64,000 nucleotides of DNA, taken from the NCBI RefSeq assembly GCF_964355755.1, contig NC_092674.1:22754001-22818000 (forward strand). Reading direction: 5' to 3'. Source of the stretch: Antedon mediterranea (taxonomy: Eukaryota; Animalia; Echinodermata). The notes beneath the pieces were generated by a model. The model saw nothing but the letters and a program-made list of their open reading frames with translations, was not told the DNA's origin and ran no database searches. Below, one piece after another: positions 1 to 13,000 of the stretch. Both the position numbers and the translations under genes were made by a program. Each line of letters starts with the position of its first letter. Position 1 is the stretch's first letter.

Positions 1-3000
1 ATGCACTTGCATCATGTGACATACATACATGCGCTGTATCTTAAAAATTTGAAAATAATCTGAAATAATGTTAATCTATTAAATAGGGAGAACAACTGAA
101 AATAACTGCAGTGGTTTTTAACACCTAACAAATTCAAATATCCTAGTGTTACTGGACACAATTAAATGAAATTTAATTGTTTTTTAAATTATTTTTTAAA
201 GAATAGTTGACTCAGTCAAAAGTACTATGATGTCGGTCAATTGGACTTCTGACGACAAGTACAAATCAACAATAAGCTAAACTCATTCATACTTTATTTA
301 CAACATATCATGCTTGTTACAATAGCATACCGTACACTGTTCTCCTGTACCCGCAATAAACTCCGAGTACCGATATTTCTCCGTTTTATGTCCACCCATA
401 ATATAGTGTAATTAACTAGTCGGGTATCCTCAACACAATACCAAGAGGGTTTTAGCCCTCGAGTGGACCTATAGGGGTTGGTTTGAAGAAAATGGGCCGA
501 CCCGTGAATATCACTCTCACGAATAAGCCACGTATATTATTATACATTGCAATACGAAAACCTATGACATTAATCTTAAAGTGTTGTAATAGTTTTATCC
601 TCGGATTAAGCACTCTCTCCAGAGTAACATAGTTGATTAATTGTGTCAATGCTTACCCTATATGTGTATCTTTTATCTTAGCTAAAATCCCATACTTAAA
701 TACACCGGCCATTAGCTTTGGTGATTAGTAAGTACGGCGCTATCCAAACTAAGTCGTGTGAAATACCAGGTGTATTGCAGTAAGCTGTGTTACATGGTTC
801 AGTATTATAATATTTGCTATTTATTTATACGCACTGATTCTTTGCCGATTCCGAATCTCATGCGGTCAGAGTTAAATCACGAAAAGCTTTTTACAGATCT
901 TGTTGAATCTTGGAAAGTTAAAGAAATGTCAACAATTTTACAGAAAGCATTACAGCCTATTATGTTTAAGTTAACACTACAAAGTCCTATATATTTCGCA
1001 AAAAATAAATTGTTGTTCGTGAGAAACGAAAAGGATAATTACAAAATACAATAAATATATAAATACAATGAATCGTTACGTCAAATTTACAATCTTTATT
1101 TATTCCTCATGGATCAATTTTCAAATTGTATGAATTATCGTTCCAATATTAAAACATATAACAATAAAAAAAGTTATTGTGGAATGTATTTGATGGCAGC
1201 AGGTAAAATTGAATTTCCTTTACTTCTTAAAACAGAAAGTAAAATAAATCAAATAGCAAATCTTGACATTGATGATGAATGCCAACAGATGTGCACAAAG
1301 AATTATACTTAGGATTCATATAATTCATTCATGTTTTTAAAAATCATACAACATTGATACACAAATAATAATAATAATAAGCTAACACAGATTCAGATTG
1401 ATTGATTTACATACATCAAATACTGTGATGGCGCTAGTTACAATCTATTATGCGTGATTAAATACTATATATATATAACGTAATGCATAAAACGGGCGTA
1501 GAAGAAGGAGTTGTACCCGGATGTTGATTACAAGTACGGGTTAACAAAATAAAGTGCGAATGAATTTAGCTGGTTGTCGTTGATTTGTACGTCAACGTAC
1601 AATGGTAATCTGTTTGTTATAGGCGTGCCTGTGAAAATTACATAACCTAAAAATAAAACTTTAGGTCGTTTACGGAAGCTCTCTGCGCTGTGTGCTTAAG
1701 AATCTGGAAGTTGTGGATCTAGCGCGTTATTTTGTTTTACATGTTTTTAATCAGTCTGCCCCTTTCTCTAGTCCTCTTGAAAGCCCTCTAAATGTCAAGA
1801 GTTCAACATCTAATGGAGTACGCTCGTTGATTTGCGTTTCTCGTATATCGAACAGCTTAAAATAAGCCGCGAACACGCCGTTTAGGAGGCCATTTCAAAT
1901 CTAAACGAGCTTGTATGAAAAGTTATGTATTATCTGTCCCTTCTTTGGTCCCTAATGACACGTTATTGGGAATGGAATTAAATCCAGTTATCCTACGAAT
2001 GTCTCTGTTTTCGTTATGGGCCGCGAGGATATTGGCTTTTAGATCTGGTAATATGTTAATTACAGGCAGGATGTGGATTTTGACGTAAACTACACTGTTT
2101 TGTTTTGCAATGCGTAACACAATTATTCGCGAAACGGACATATTTTAATGTGAAAATTAATTTAGGCCTACGTTGTTTTATGGTTCTGTATAGCATAATT
2201 TGTCTATCGCAAATATTACACTGTATCATATTTTAAAGCGTAATGTTGGTTAAATTGATTAGAGGATGTTTATGCGTGTTTTCGCATCTCGTCCATGAAT
2301 GAGGATGAGACAATTACATCCATCATCATTTTAAACCTATTTCATATGATATCCTTCATCCCCTCCCAACCGTTAGATAAGGCATTCTGGTTGCCGGCAA
2401 TGTACTTGACCCTTTCGCTTCGAGCCGCTAACCACAAACCATACAGTAATTTGCGCATGTTTTATCAGAATTCGCACAGTGCATGCGTACTGATCATTCT
2501 TACATACGACATGTTCCAATCAGATTCATTAAGTTAAGACCTTTAAAATTATGGAGATAAATATCAAATGTGTGTGTTTTTTATACAGATGAATCTTTCG
2601 CTTTTCTTTTCTTTTTTTTTTAAAGCATTAAGTCTTTCTATAAATGAAGCTCTTGTTGTTAGTTTCCTTCTTTCTGGATATAATTCAATCTTTACGTTTT
2701 TTAAATTATTTAAATGAACTTAACTCCAGTTTATTGATGAAAACTTGTCTTATTTACAACTTAATTACCCTCTAATTATATCGGTCAATACACTGAGGAC
2801 ATCGTGATGCATTTGAGTCTGCGTCTCATAAACCATGGTACCGTATTTATCGCGAATTCTTGCACACAATTCAGTAATTGTTAATTGTTTAATAGTTGGA
2901 ACATTGTTCTTAAAACACGAATGAAGATCGTTTCGTTGAACTAGAATTGGTTAATTTAGATACTAAATGTCTCCTTTATCCGAAGGCAAGACACCGTAGG

Positions 3001-6000
3001 GTCCACACAATTGCACGACTGTTTGTCCTCGTTAGTTAGTTAGTATTGCTAATGTTGTCGCCTGATTTATATAGTTATTGTATTAGTTAGATTCTTGTTC
3101 GACACGAATGGCACCCCAGGGGTAGTATCTCAATGTTGTCTATGATCAATATCCTTGTAATTGTGTTAAATATTAATGTTGTAGTTTAGACGCATGCATA
3201 GGAAAGAAACAGCCAGTTCAACGCGCTATATTTTCACATAGGAAAGGCAATTTCTGTCGTACAGCAACATACCAAGTGATGTTTATATCAAGGAATGTTA
3301 CTTTTTTAAGGCTTGGGTTGATTCCAAATATTACACTTAAGATTCATCAAACTGATAGTTATCTACGTCTACATCAGAGTAGGGCAAAACATCTACTGAC
3401 CAATTACTCAATACCCTAACAAACAATTACAATCCTGATGGTGCAGTACCTACTGCTTACTTGGGCCCAGTGGTCATGAGGGCGTCAGGCTAGAGTTCTG
3501 GAGGTTGTGGATTAGTGTCCCTCCCCTTTTTTTTCGACGACATGCTGGACTGTTTCCGTACATATTTTTTGGTTAGTCTTGTGATTCCATCGAAATTTGT
3601 GCTAATCCATTCGGTAAAGGATGTTTAGTAACGTTTTTAAAAAACACATTATTTTGTTAAACTGAGTTAGATATTTCTGCTACGATGCATTGACTGTTTT
3701 CACTGAGTGTTTTCTCAAGAAATGGATAGATAAGGGTTATGTCTGGAAACACGCAATGGAGCGCTACAGCTAAAATCTATCAAAATATTATTCCATTGGA
3801 GGATCTATAAAGCTATATTGCACCTCTGGCAATGTTTTTGTTTTGTTTTATTATACTCTAACCTTTAATTTCTACTTTGTGTACTGTGTATCGTCAGTGA
3901 CACAAAGGTTCTTGAACAAGTCCGGATAATAACGATGCCATCATCCACACTAGCCAACAACAATCGGATAAACTCAAACCTCATGACGTGGTCAAGCAAG
4001 TATTCACGCATACTTTAGCGTAGTATGCTTTGATATAAGCACAATGCATTAACCGTAGTGCAATTCGAAATAAAGTTTAAATTTTTTAGTTCAAATTAAT
4101 ATTTTTCAAAAAATTGCACACATTTAAATCATTGGCCAATGACTGAAAAATATCATAAACAATCTCACTGTACTTCGAATCACACGAAAACATCTTCACT
4201 TTAATGCAAACATTTTCAATTTTTAAGCCAAACGTCTACTTATATTGAAACGCTAATACTATGGCTTTTAAGCGGCAATGTATCACTAAACGGTATAACG
4301 TAGGAGTGCCGGGTCGTGTCGGTCCATTGTAACACATTTCTGATTCGTGACGACGGTTTATACAACAAACATGATATCACACATGTCATGTTTTCTAAAA
4401 ATAATATTTTTAAAAAAAATATCATCAGCTTTAGTTCAAACCTTATATTAGATTTTGCAGGTATATGGATATTGTGGTACTTTATTTATTGTTGTTGTTT
4501 ACCGGTTAAAAATAAAATTATTTTATTTCATTAATGTATTATTAATAAATAAAGTACCTTTATAATAATATATTGTTTCCAATATAGAAGCGATAATAAA
4601 ATTATATTTGCATATTTAAATTAGGTTAACAACTTGCATATTATTTTATAGACTAGTTTGTTCTATTTCAAAGATTATTGGATTTGTACGGTTCGTTTGG
4701 ACATATATCAACTTTCTAAAATGAATATAGTGATATATTTAAGACCTAAAAAGACATATTGTGTTTGTGTTATTACTTTGACAACCAATACATACTGTAT
4801 CAGACACGGAACACTGTAACTAAGCGTTCTAATAGTTGTTTTAAACACTAATATTTTGTTTTAACTTATCTGTAAAAAACCTTTACTTTAACTGAAATCC
4901 GAAGAAATTGCTCATTTAATCCAAACAACTTTGATGTTCATTATTCTAAGTAAAAAGGAGAACCGACTTGATCACTCATGCATTCTCCTCATTAGTATTA
5001 ATTAGCAGCTGAAAATCACCTTTTAGTTTTAAGATCAATAACTTGCGCCGTTCAGTTTACCGAAGAATAGAAACATTTCAATTAGTTGATCAAAGAGAAA
5101 AACTTTAAACCGCCAACAAATAATTCTAAATAAAAAATAAATTAAGTGCTCAAAAACTAAGCAAAATACTCGGCAAAATTACGAGATCAACAGAGGGCGT
5201 GATACGTAATAATTAAAGATACAAATAACTCGAGATCTTTTAAAGTTTTTGTGACGTCAACAATATTCCCTTTTAAAAAAAGAAAAAATGCATACAAACA
5301 TAATGAAGTAAAAATTATAAGTCTAAATGTAAATGGGTGAAAAGATAATGAAAAGTAGTGTCAGCTGCAGCAGCCGAAACAACTTGAAATGTGGTATTTT
5401 CAAATCTATATATAAATTTACGTAAGGGCAAAATTCGGTAATTCGCGCGTTACTTCTAGAATGTTTACTCGATGGTATATCAAGTTGGTTCGTACTTTCG
5501 GTACTGATTTTAACCACCTGATGTAACCATGTTTACTAATTAAATTGATTTAGATAATTAGTTATTGACAATTAAAACGAATTTAAGTTCAACGATTTGC
5601 CCCAAATAGGGGTGTTTTCCGATCGTGGTATACACTGTCCAATGCATGTCTATCTTGAAAAATACCCGCATACAATAATACGCGGATGCTTCGCATTTTC
5701 CTATCTCCTCCTACGATAATTGTTTTTAATGGCTGAAAAGCGGTTGAACAGCTCGAGTACAGCATCATTATGTTGAAGACAGACCTATTTTCTTTAAAAA
5801 ATACTATTTTGATAGATTTAATATACGTTTATACAAATGTATTGATTTCCGATGAATAGAACATTCCAATATAACTCTTTGCTTTAACACAAGTACCACC
5901 AGCTGTAGGTAAATGTATTGGCCCTTGGGAATTAACCTAAAACCTATCTAGATATAGTATTGCAATATTTGGACATTACTGTAAATGTGACGTATTAACA

Positions 6001-6676
6001 TGTTGGTCGCCATTGAATTTACTGTGAGTGTGGGTACTGTTAGATGTATAACACATGTACAAATAAACGTATTACTGTGAGTGTGAGTAGGCCCTACTGT
6101 TATATAAAAGGTACAATATACAAATAAACTGTACTACTGACAGTTGCTTCTCAACGTTTGTATTAATTACTAATTACAAAGAATATAAACGTTGTAGTGG
6201 TACGTGTATCGTTACATGTACTATGCTATTTCAATCGACTATGACAGTGACAGTTTTAACAAAGTATTAAATCGCAAATGTGTTACTGTATCAAGTGGTA
6301 TATTATTTATAGGCCTATCAAACATGAAAAACATATTTCGTTACTGAGTAGATAAAGAATATATTTAAAAATTGTTCTTCTTTGTACCCATATCCTCTTC
6401 CACATCCCTCAACCCTAATGTTACACACAAAACACAAATTGGGTTTGTTTAAATGAGTCAAAATAAGAAATTTGGACTCATTTTGTGACAAGTTTCCTAT
6501 TTCGGAAGTAATTCCCAGTGTGCTAATTTTAGTTGAATACATAAATCATCGTGTTTATTTATTTGTTTCTGTAAACGACAATAACTATTATAGTCCTGCA
6601 GTACGTACATTTTAAAAAATCTTTTTTTTTTTACGCTGAAATTACTGTGTATTCGAGAATCATCTATGGGCACGAC

Positions 6677-6713
6677 CTAGATGGTACGCGAGCGAAGCGA
6701 GCGTACCATCTAG
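6677..6713 (+). mobile_element. Helitron-like 3' terminus (hairpin + CTAG|T)
   Basis: ctagatggtacgc-gagcgaagcga-gcgtaccatctag: 13-bp stem ending in CTAG followed by T. Confidence 0.45.
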
Positions 6714-6916
6714 TACTAATAATTCTTGTAAGTTCTAAATTGACAATTTTCAAACTAAAAAAAAAATACTTTTACAGTTTTCTTTTTTACTTTTGATGAT
6801 TCGAAATATTGAGCAATAGGCCTACCTTCTACGTTCATTCTCACTGATTATTATACAAATGCCGTGGTTTTCTGAAACTTTGTAACAAAACAAATATATA
6901 TTGTGTTTTTATTTAG

Positions 6917-7087
6917 ATTTCTTATGGATCTCATTCACCGCAACTAGCTGATCGAACCGAACATCCGACACTTTACCGAACTATTCCGTCTTCATCCGAG
7001 TTTAGCCGACCACGAATTAAGTTAATTGAAGCTTGGAATTGGACAAAAGTTGCCACCCTTCATTCGAACCAAGATGTCGCTTCATCA
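6917..7087 (+). CDS. GABA-B-like exon (Venus flytrap domain): ISYGSHSPQLADRTEHPTLYRTIPS...VASS
   Basis: tttag acceptor, gtaaag donor, 57 codons; resembles GABBR1 [25 protein letters not shown]. Confidence 0.9.
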
Positions 7088-10000
7088 GTAAAGTATTTTT
7101 TAAAGTATTTTTAATCTATAAGAAGATGGAGTTGTTTTGTTAGCAAAACTATTAATTTCTTTTTTTTTTGACGGCAACAAACATCAATGCGTGTGTAACA
7201 TTCGTGTTATTTATTGAAACTGAGGTTTATTAAGCGGACATTGGTTTTGAAGTCATTGCATCTATATAACTTTATGCATCGGTGACCGGTAATAAAATAG
7301 AAAAACGGAAATCGACCACGGTTGTTTAATTACTCCACAGAGACTGTTTTCGCCAAATAACTCATCACATTAGCCCTAGATATACGTAGGCTCTCTGCGC
7401 ACAGACAACATCTGAAATGCCACTTTATCATTTTAACACAAACGTATTACATTTTTCATTTAATGTTTCCTTGTAATTCCTTTTAATGTCGTAAATCATC
7501 TGAAAAAATAATGGCAATATTTGAAAAATAATGAAGACTTTCGACTGTAATTATTGATGATTGTATGACGAGGAGCGATGGTTATAAAAAGTTATGGCGA
7601 GAAGTGTTGGTGGTGGGTAGGTTTTATTGAACGACGAAATAAAAAGTTATAGTGGAAATTATATTTGATGTGGTGAAGAGGAACGCTATGACGATGGGGT
7701 GGCGAGGACTACATGAGTGTATGGTAATAGTCAATAGTGATGAGATTAATCGTTAACAAGATTGTATGATGTCGATGATAACTTGTGATGAAAGCGATCG
7801 TTAAGATGATATTGATGTTTTGACAAAAGTTGTTGCAGATTAGTATCACGTCAAAGGTGATGTCTACGATCGTGGCGATGTTGGTTTGGTTATGCAAAGA
7901 AAGTGGATGGTAAATGGTGATAACGGTGATAGAGCTAGTGATAAAGACACTTGAAGAAGACGATGGCAAGTAATGACAAAGACGCTCGAGAAATGATACC
8001 GCCAATACAAGTGGCGATGACGATCGTGAATGTGATGTTGGTATCGAACATGTTTGTAAATATTTATGACGATTATTAGCGGTGATAAAGATGATAATAA
8101 CCAGTAATATTGTAGTAGTGATGGTGTTCCATAATTTAATATTTTAACTTAAAATTGGGTTTAAAACATTACACAGATTCTTGCTATAACATTGAATTAC
8201 CGGGCCTTTTTGCCGCGTGTTGAGTTCAGGGATCTATGTTTGTTCTATAGGATTAGTTTTTGGGTTTTGTTGTACTTTGAACCCGATTTTACTTTACTTA
8301 AATTATTGACATAATACGTTGCGGGGAAACACAGCTATAACGACTCGACAGTAATTTCTCTTGGGTAACATCCATTAAATCTTTACATCTTGACATAGAA
8401 ATCGAAATCTCTAATGAATATAATTTTCATTAGATGGTAATATTTGATTTACGTTTGTTTCCACCTTTTTCCGTGTCACTTGTTTGCTGCACTTTAAACA
8501 TCTATACTGTTAAAGGAAAAAAAAACAAATTTGCAAGATAATCTTAATATTCCCGTTGGGCACAACAAAACTAAAATAAAACATTTAGGAAATGAACATA
8601 GTTGTTTCATCGTGTTTGTAATATACAAATATATGATGGTTATATATAGGCAAAAGTTAACTTTGCAGACAAAAATACCAAACAATCAATATTATTAATA
8701 AGATTGTTTTTATTTATTTATTTATCTTTGATTCTTACATCACATGCACGAGTATGTTTTCCGATACTGTCTTTAATTACAGCTACATCAACAACATGCA
8801 GTTAAAACAGTTGTGTATAGTTACAACAGCAACATACAGTTACACCAGCAACTTGAAATTACAGCAACATCCCACATCAACATAAAAACGTTCTGTTACA
8901 ACAACAACTTACAGCTACAGTACAACAGCAACAGTTATAACAACTTGAGTTAAAGCAGCAACTTACTTTTGCAACAGTAACTTACAATTATAAAAACAAC
9001 TTACCATCACAGTAGCAACTTACTGTTACAGTAGTAACTGACATTTCTAACAACAACTTACAGTTACAGTAGCAACTTACGTTTACAGCAGCAACTGACA
9101 TTTGTAACAACAACTTACAGTTACAGTAGCAACTTGCTGTTACAATAGCAACTTATATTCACAGCAGCCACTTACTGTTACTCCATTAACTTACTGTTAC
9201 AACAGCAACTTATATTTACAGTAGCAACTTACAGTTACAGTAGCAACTTACTTTTAAAACAGCAACTTACAGTTACAGTAGCAACTTACTGTTACAGTAG
9301 CAACTTACTTTTACAGAAGCAACTGACATTTGTAACAACAACTTACAGTTACAGTAGCAACTTACTGTTACAATAGCAACTTATATTCACAGCAGCCATT
9401 TACTGTTACTCCATTAACTTACTGTTACAACAGCAACTTACAGTTACAGTAGCAACTTACTTTTACAGCAGCAACTGACATTTGTAACAACAACTTACAG
9501 TTACAGTAGCAACTTACTGTTACAGTTTTAACTTACTGTTACAATAGCAACTTATATTCACAGTAGCAACTTACTGTTACTCCATTAACTTTCTGTTACA
9601 ACAGCAACTTACCGTTACAGTAGCAACTTACTTTTACAGCAGCAACTGACATTTGTAACAACAACTTACAGTTACAGTAGCAACTTACAGTTACAGTAGC
9701 AACTTACTGTTACAATAGCAACTTATATTCACATCAGCAACTTACTGTTACTCCAGCAACTTACTGTAACAACAGCAACTTACAGTTACAGTAGCAACTT
9801 ACCGGTACTGTTAAAGTAGCAACTTACTTTTACAGTAGCAACTGACATTTGTAACAACAACTTATATTTATAACAGCAACTTACAGTTACAGTAGCAACT
9901 TACTGTTACAGAAGCAACTTAGGGCTACAAAAGCAACTTATCCTAGAACAACAACTTATTGTTACACCAGAAACTTACTGCTACAACAGTAATGTACAGG

Positions 10001-13000
10001 TACAGCAGCAACTTACTGCTTCAACAACTTACTTCTTCAGCATCTTACTGCTTCAGCAACTTACAGTTACATAATTTAAAGCTTCTAATGTGTATTGTAT
10101 ATTTTATTTTATTCTAGGCCATGCGGGATTTCAGTACTAGGTTGCAGAAGCATTCAGAGAAAACCAATTACACTATTGAAGTTATCGCTTCTGAAAGTTT
10201 TGATCATAATAGCGGAGCAAACGACCGACTCAAATTCTTAAAGGTAAAAGCATGCTATTTTAAAAATCTGAAGACAAAACATTTCAAGACACAATGTTTT
10301 GTTGTTTATTGGATTAGACAACTCAGTAGATAAACTGATTTACAAAAAAATGTATGTATTTTCATCTAAGCTCTTCTGATTAAGTGAATGTGAAACATGC
10401 TTGTGAACCGGTTTTTGTTAATACTGACATAGAAATACTTAAGAATAGCTACGGTACCAGTGCATCTACTTACATTTTCATGAATCTTTCTTCAATGTTT
10501 CAACGCATTGTTGTGTTAGTTTTCTAACATTTTTGTAACATAACATAAGTTGGAATTGTCTTACTTGACCAGCCCACATAGGTTATGTACTTACTTATGT
10601 ACACTTGATTTATTTATAATTACTTGCACTTGGAAATGGGATGACCGAAATATTTAATATACTTAATTTAATATAAATTATGTTATATATTCATTTAAGT
10701 TAGATTAATTTAAAACTACCTATACTGGTCAATAATACACAATCTCAATTTATAACAACATGTAGTTAAGAACTTTTCCTGATCTAGGACAGTTTTGCGT
10801 TTTAGTGAACAATGTATTTAATTATAGTGTGACCGATATGATGATTGACCTATATTCATAGTTTAATCTTACCGAATTGTAATACGTTCATCATGAATTT
10901 AATTTAAACACATTGTTTACTATCGGTTTACTATAAAAATGTGGTCGGTATTTGTGATGATAATGTTTAATGACGATTCTAATGTGTACATAACGTTTAC
11001 CGTAATGTTTTATCAATGCAACTTACTCATAGTGACTCGTGTTTATTTCTGTCGTATTCTAAAATTATTTATTATCCATTAAATAATTAACATGAAGCAT
11101 CGGTAGATTGTACTTTGCTTCAAAGTATGGCGCTCTACTAAGGAAGATTAGGATAAATGATTCATTGAATTAGGTCAACCTTGTTTCAAAGTCAGTCAGT
11201 GTCGGTTTCAATACATAAATTATATATAATTATTATATATTGGTGTATTATTGCTATGATGGTTCAGTATTTTGTTCTATTGTACGGTAAACTATTATTA
11301 TTATTACATGGCGTTTTTGGATTTTGTTGTTGAAAATCTAGGTTTTTAGTTTCTTCATTAAATAAATGAAATAAAAAATGGCAAAAGAAAATGTAATTAT
11401 TCATTCATTAATCTACAGTATCTATTATCTGACTAGTGTTATAATTGAAGGAGCTGAAAGAAAAGGGAATTGTATTAAGTTAATTTGTTTTGTTGAATTT
11501 TACAGCGTAAAGATGCAAGAATTATAATTGGAAATTTTTATGAATATGAAGCTGTTATGGTGTTTTGTCAGGTAAAACGATATTGATATTGATAATTTTA
11601 ACATGATTATACCAATACAGTAGTTCAATGATAAGGTTATCACAACTATGGATTTTTTTTAGTGAGAATGCCATCACGATTCTACGGATTGTTTAGTGAT
11701 AATGTTATCACAACTATAAGAAACTTTTGTGATGGTGTTCTCACTATTATGCCGATTGTTAGTGATAATGTTATCACAACTATGAGAAACCTTTAGTGTA
11801 TGATGTTATCACGATTATACCAATTGTTAGTGATAATGTTATCACAACTATGAGAAACCTTTAGTGATGATGTTATCACAAATATACCGATTAGTGATAA
11901 TGATAATACTGTTTTGTCGGTTATAAATTATAGTGTTATCACAACTTCGACAGTCCTTTAGTGAGAATGTCATCACGATTATACTGATTGTTCGGTGATA
12001 ACGTACCAATCCTTCAGGGGTAATGTTATCACCGTTATACCTATTTAGTGGTAAGCTTATCACAACTTTACCGTCTTTTAGTGATACTGTTATCACGATT
12101 ATAGCGATTGTTCACTGTAGATCCTTACTGATGTTATAATTATATTGATTGATGATGTTGCAACGTTTAGGCCTATGTATGCCTATTCGAGGCTCACTCG
12201 CTCCATGGTCCATGTGCACAACCTAGTACATCTTTCGAGACGAGTAGCGGGTTACCCTGGTGTACTAGTACATCACAGCCACTGATCATAACTGGACCCT
12301 CTGGGAGACCAGTCTTTGACTGAAGAGGTCGCCCAGTATAAATAAAATATTTCAATTCAATTGGGTGGTAATGTCACAATGACAATCTTTTGTTTGTATA
12401 ATCATAATTATAGGCGTACAAACAAGGCTTGACTGGGCCTAATCATGTATGGATGATTTACGGTTACTACCAAGTAGACTGGTGGAACATGTCATATACG
12501 GAGACACATTACGGATGTACCCCCGAGCAGATGGCTGAAGCAGTGGAGGGTTACATTGCAGTATCCTGGGATGTCATCAGTGATATAGATAAACCAACTA
12601 TCTCAAACTATGTAAATATATTATCCAGTACTACTTGTATAACAATACTATTATGTTTATTTGTGTGTATGCCTACCGTGGATTGAATTAAGAAAGCTGT
12701 ATGCTTGTGTGCGTTAAACATATCCGCTTGTAATTGGTTAAAACAAGGTTGTCTAATATTAACAATTGGTATATCACGCTGGTTCTTATTAAATCATTTC
12801 TGTCTAAACGTACAATTTTAAACATCAAATTTGGAACGAAGGCAGAACAGATTTATTAGATAAAGCAGGAGAAATCTCTTTATCTTACTGTACGTATTCA
12901 AGGAATCTTCTTGTTTGTTTTTTTTTCTTTGTTTTTTATCTTGTATTTTTACCATCACCAATCGATATAGAAAAGCGTATTTTTCCAGATTGTTTTCTCT

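Noticed and set aside
3462-3535. tRNA-like or SINE-head-like GC-rich stretch followed by poly(T)
   Set aside because: No intact B box or cloverleaf; at most a decayed SINE.
1-6900. Search for upstream GABA-B-like exons; short ORFs such as 758..1054 and 1923..2141, and an AGLFP-like stretch near 3544
   Set aside because: No exon with family motifs and proper splice sites; the AGLFP frame stops within a few codons. The N-terminal exons are probably outside the window.
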